This document shows, in pieces, positions 1-1,075 of a DNA stretch of 1,075 nucleotides. The first letter of the stretch is position 1, and each line of letters opens with the position of its first letter. Position numbers and translations under genes: made by a program. The notes under the pieces are model-generated. The model worked only from the letters and a program-made list of their open reading frames with translations, was not told the DNA's origin and made no database searches. Source of the stretch: Naegleria gruberi (Eukaryota); assembly GCA_000004985.1 (NCBI GenBank), contig GG739578.1, one strand, 5' to 3'.

Positions 1-108
1 TCCACTCTCCTATTAATCTTGTGTAACCGTACCAATCACAAGCCTGTCTCCAACCTAAGAAATGCTATCATTGAAACTCAGCGATACAAAAAAATTATCA
101 ATGAGTTG

Positions 109-129
109 GGCCAATGACTACAATTGGCC
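109..129. repeat. Inverted repeat or hairpin: GGCCAAT, 7-nt loop GACTACA, ATTGGCC. It consists of two inverted CCAAT motifs.
   Basis: 109-115 GGCCAAT is the exact reverse complement of 123-129 ATTGGCC, giving a 7-bp stem and a 7-nt loop. Confidence 0.8.
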
Positions 130-306
130 TAATAGCACTCTCTCCAGGAAACTCTCTCTTGTTTTATTATCAGCAAAGACTCCTCTACTTTAACACTCAA
201 TTTTACTAAATGTTACTAGGTAATGACAGTATTTGTGAAAATGTAATGTCAAGGTACATGACAATAACAATAAATTGTATTTGAATTAATTAATATGAAG
301 CTGGCG

Positions 307-318
307 TAGCTCAGTCGG
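307..318 (+). promoter_or_regulatory. Pol III internal A box of tRNA-Ile (TAGCTCAGTCGG)
   Basis: Matches the TRGCNNAGTGG-type A-box consensus at tRNA positions 8-19. Confidence 0.7.
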
Positions 319-350
319 TAGAGCGTTGGTCTAATAAGCCATTGGTCGCC

Positions 351-361
351 GGTTCGATCCC
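351..361 (+). promoter_or_regulatory. Pol III internal B box of tRNA-Ile (GGTTCGATCCC)
   Basis: Matches the GGTTCGANTCC B-box consensus over the T-stem and T-loop. Confidence 0.7.
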
Positions 362-376
362 GTCCGTCAGCATTCC

Positions 377-380
377 TTTT
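377..380 (+). terminator. Oligo-T (T4) Pol III terminator 5 nt downstream of the tRNA-Ile 3' end
   Basis: The 3' end reads ...CAGCA then TTCC TTTT GC. This T-run is the first after the discriminator base. Confidence 0.55.
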
Positions 381-389
381 GCATTATAA

Positions 390-394
390 TTTTT
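390..394 (+). terminator. Backup T5 run downstream of tRNA-Ile
   Basis: TTTTT at 390-394, 18 nt past the tRNA 3' end. Eukaryotic tRNA genes often carry a second T-run as a fail-safe. Confidence 0.4.
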
Positions 395-448
395 ATAAAG
401 CCAAACTGTCTTTCTGTTCAAGCAGTTGCATTCATGTAGAGATAGTCT

Positions 449-462
449 AATAGATATCTATT
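449..462. repeat. Perfect 14-bp palindrome AATAGATATCTATT
   Basis: The sequence equals its own reverse complement and is centred on GATATC. It lies 1 bp upstream of the 11-bp tandem duplication. Confidence 0.9.
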
Positions 463-463
463 C

Positions 464-485
464 GTCTTTTGAGTGTCTTTTGAGT
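464..485. repeat. Perfect tandem duplication of the 11-mer GTCTTTTGAGT (2 units)
   Basis: Unit 1 at 464-474 and unit 2 at 475-485 are identical. GAG follows, which is a partial third copy of the unit's 3' end. Confidence 0.85.
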
Positions 486-583
486 GAGAATTCTTTGGTA
501 ATTGCATTTCAGCGACATCCAATATCCTCGTTGTAGTCTCGATAAATACCTTAATCTTGAATACGTATTGTAAATAATGAGAC

Positions 584-588
584 AAAAA
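584..588 (-). terminator. Backup T5 run downstream of tRNA-Thr
   Basis: Plus-strand AAAAA at 584-588 gives TTTTT on the minus strand, about 50 nt past the tRNA-Thr 3' end. Confidence 0.35.
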
Positions 589-590
589 GG

Positions 591-602
591 TTAGCATGCT
601 AA
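591..602. repeat. Perfect 12-bp palindrome TTAGCATGCTAA
   Basis: The sequence equals its own reverse complement and is centred on GCATGC. It lies about 36 bp downstream of the tRNA-Thr 3' end, in the convergent spacer. Confidence 0.9.
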
Positions 603-630
603 GTAATAAAGGCAGAAGATGATAACAGCT

Positions 631-634
631 AAAA
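631..634 (-). terminator. Oligo-T (T4) Pol III terminator 4 nt downstream of the tRNA-Thr 3' end
   Basis: The minus strand reads ...GGGAGGCA then TTC TTTT AGC. Plus-strand aaaa at 631-634. Confidence 0.55.
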
Positions 635-648
635 GAATGCCTCCCTTG

Positions 649-659
649 GGAATCGAACC
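649..659 (-). promoter_or_regulatory. Pol III internal B box of tRNA-Thr (GGTTCGATTCC on the minus strand)
   Basis: Reverse complement of 649-659 is GGTTCGATTCC, a perfect B-box consensus. Confidence 0.75.
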
Positions 660-692
660 CAAGACCTCTGTCTTACTAGGACAGCGCTACTG

Positions 693-704
693 CCAACTGA
701 GCTA
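693..704 (-). promoter_or_regulatory. Pol III internal A box of tRNA-Thr (TAGCTCAGTTGG on the minus strand)
   Basis: Reverse complement of 693-704 is TAGCTCAGTTGG, a near-perfect A-box consensus. Confidence 0.7.
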
Positions 705-740
705 GGAAGGCTTATCGTTCATGAAGAATATTTCCTCAAT

Positions 741-750
741 ATATTAGGAA
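741..750 (-). promoter_or_regulatory. TATA-like element about 30-40 bp upstream of tRNA-Thr
   Basis: Plus-strand caATATATTAgg at 739-750 reads CCTAATATATTG on the minus strand, about -30 to -39 from the tRNA 5' end at 711. Upstream TATA-like elements that recruit TFIIIB are typical of yeast and plant tRNA genes. Confidence 0.35.
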
Positions 751-798
751 TTAGATGTTTTGGATAAATGGAAAGAAGGAATATATTATTTACACCAT

Positions 799-816
799 AT
801 TATTATTATTATTATT
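799..816. repeat. (ATT)6 trinucleotide microsatellite
   Basis: Six perfect ATT units at 799-816, preceded by AT at 797-798. Confidence 0.9.
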
Positions 817-1075
817 GGAAATGGTTTGCCAGAAAAGCAATGGAGTTTCTCCTAAACTAGTTTCTCAAATTTACAAGAAGCAACAGTTCAAGACTGTGAT
901 CAGGCTAAATCAAACGAATACCAAAATGTATAATCCTATCAATTATTATCAATAAATATCAATTAATCATCCTACCTATAACATTACTGTACCGTTGTAT
1001 AGGATGATAGGGAATATTATTAGATGACTGTCGTTCTTCAGGTACTAGAAAAATAGCCTGCATGGTACTTGCTTA

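Larger units (their letters stand above)
300..372 (+). tRNA. tRNA-Ile, anticodon AAT (eukaryotic A34/I34 type). 73 nt, no encoded CCA, no intron.
   Basis: Hand-folded cloverleaf. Acceptor stem GCTGGCG (300-306) pairs with CGTCAGC (365-371), 7 bp including one G·U. D-stem GCTC/GAGC with D-loop AGTCGGTA. Anticodon stem TTGGT/GCCAT with a U27·U43 mismatch. Anticodon loop CTAATAA, with the AAT anticodon at 333-335. Variable loop TGGTC. T-stem GCCGG/CCGTC with a C50·U64 mismatch. T-loop TTCGATC. Discriminator A at 372. A box TAGCTCAGTCGG (307-318) and B box GGTTCGATCC match the consensus. Confidence 0.8.
638..711 (-). tRNA. tRNA-Thr, anticodon AGT (eukaryotic A34/I34 type). 74 nt with a 9-nt D-loop, no encoded CCA, no intron.
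   Basis: Reverse complement of 638-711 is GCCTTCC TA GCTC AGTTGGCAG TAGC G CTGTC CTAGTAA GACAG AGGTC TTGGG TTCGATT CCCAA GGGAGGC A. Acceptor stem is 7 bp with one U·G. Anticodon stem CTGTC/GACAG is perfect. Loop CTAGTAA carries anticodon AGT, which is plus-strand 675-677 read on the minus strand. T-stem TTGGG/CCCAA is perfect. T-loop is TTCGATT. D-stem is 3 bp plus a 13·22 C·U. G1:C72 and C2:G71 are consistent with threonine identity elements. Confidence 0.9.

Noticed and set aside
209-231. Apparent resemblance of tgttactagg-taatg-acag to the tRNA-Thr anticodon arm (tgtcttactaggacag, 668-684). This might have been a tRNA fragment or an intron-containing copy.
   Set aside because: The match is limited to a shared TACTAGG heptamer plus ACAG. 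The surrounding minus-strand sequence has no acceptor stem and no D or T arm, with no GGTTCGA or GCTCAGT. It is not a tRNA relic.
261-272. (ACAATA)2 tandem hexamer and the loosely similar GTAATGACAGTA / GTACATGACAATA segments at 220-266
   Set aside because: These are two-unit or imperfect repeats in AT-rich sequence. They are below what I would consider distinguishable from background.
1-299. Possible solo LTR or retrotransposon remnant upstream of tRNA-Ile, the classic Ty, sigma or TRE target zone
   Set aside because: I see no TG...CA terminal inverted dinucleotides, no recognisable sigma or delta-like sequence, no primer-binding site and no target-site duplication. Without a genome-wide copy-number check this cannot be supported.
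14-559. Shared 9-mer TTAATCTTG at 14-22 and 551-559
   Set aside because: A single 9-mer recurrence in about 1 kb of AT-rich DNA is about what chance predicts. There is no extended similarity around either copy.
295-727. ATGAAG immediately abutting both tRNA 5' ends on the + strand (295-300 and 721-726)
   Set aside because: The two occurrences are on opposite strands relative to their genes. One is sense-upstream and the other is its non-equivalent on the antisense side, so it cannot be a shared upstream promoter element. It is a coincidence.
755-955. 66-aa ORF on the + strand from the supplied track (MFWINGKKEY...)
   Set aside because: It is short and lies in AT-rich DNA immediately upstream of a tRNA gene. 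It is low-complexity, with a run of six Leu encoded by the (ATT)6 microsatellite. It is K/N/Y/I-rich as expected from translating AT-rich non-coding sequence, and I recognise no domain or motif in it. It is most likely a chance ORF.

Overview
This is an AT-rich, non-coding stretch that looks eukaryotic and nuclear, and the only robust features are two convergent tRNA genes. A tRNA-Ile with anticodon AAT lies on the + strand at 300-372. A tRNA-Thr with anticodon AGT lies on the - strand at 638-711. Both have clear internal Pol III A and B boxes. Neither encodes a 3' CCA. Each is followed by a short oligo-T terminator plus a second T5 run further downstream. A34 anticodons for Ile and Thr are a eukaryotic nuclear hallmark, because A34 is converted to inosine there and bacteria essentially restrict A34 to tRNA-Arg ACG. 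I therefore read the window as nuclear DNA from an AT-rich eukaryote, for example a fungus or yeast, a plant or a protist. Neither tRNA matches the S. cerevisiae Ile-AAU or Thr-AGU sequences as I recall them. I find no convincing protein-coding gene. The single supplied ORF is low-complexity, runs through an (ATT)6 microsatellite and is most likely spurious. The 265-bp spacer between the two tRNA 3' ends holds several small structured elements. These are a perfect 14-bp palindrome, an 11-bp tandem duplication, a perfect 12-bp palindrome and three copies of TTGCATT. The left flank has a 7-bp-stem hairpin made of inverted CCAAT motifs. I see no evidence of a prokaryotic-style defence or mobile system, and no recognisable LTR or transposon termini. 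The secondary-structure, anticodon and motif calls were made by hand from the sequence. The taxonomic call is inference.
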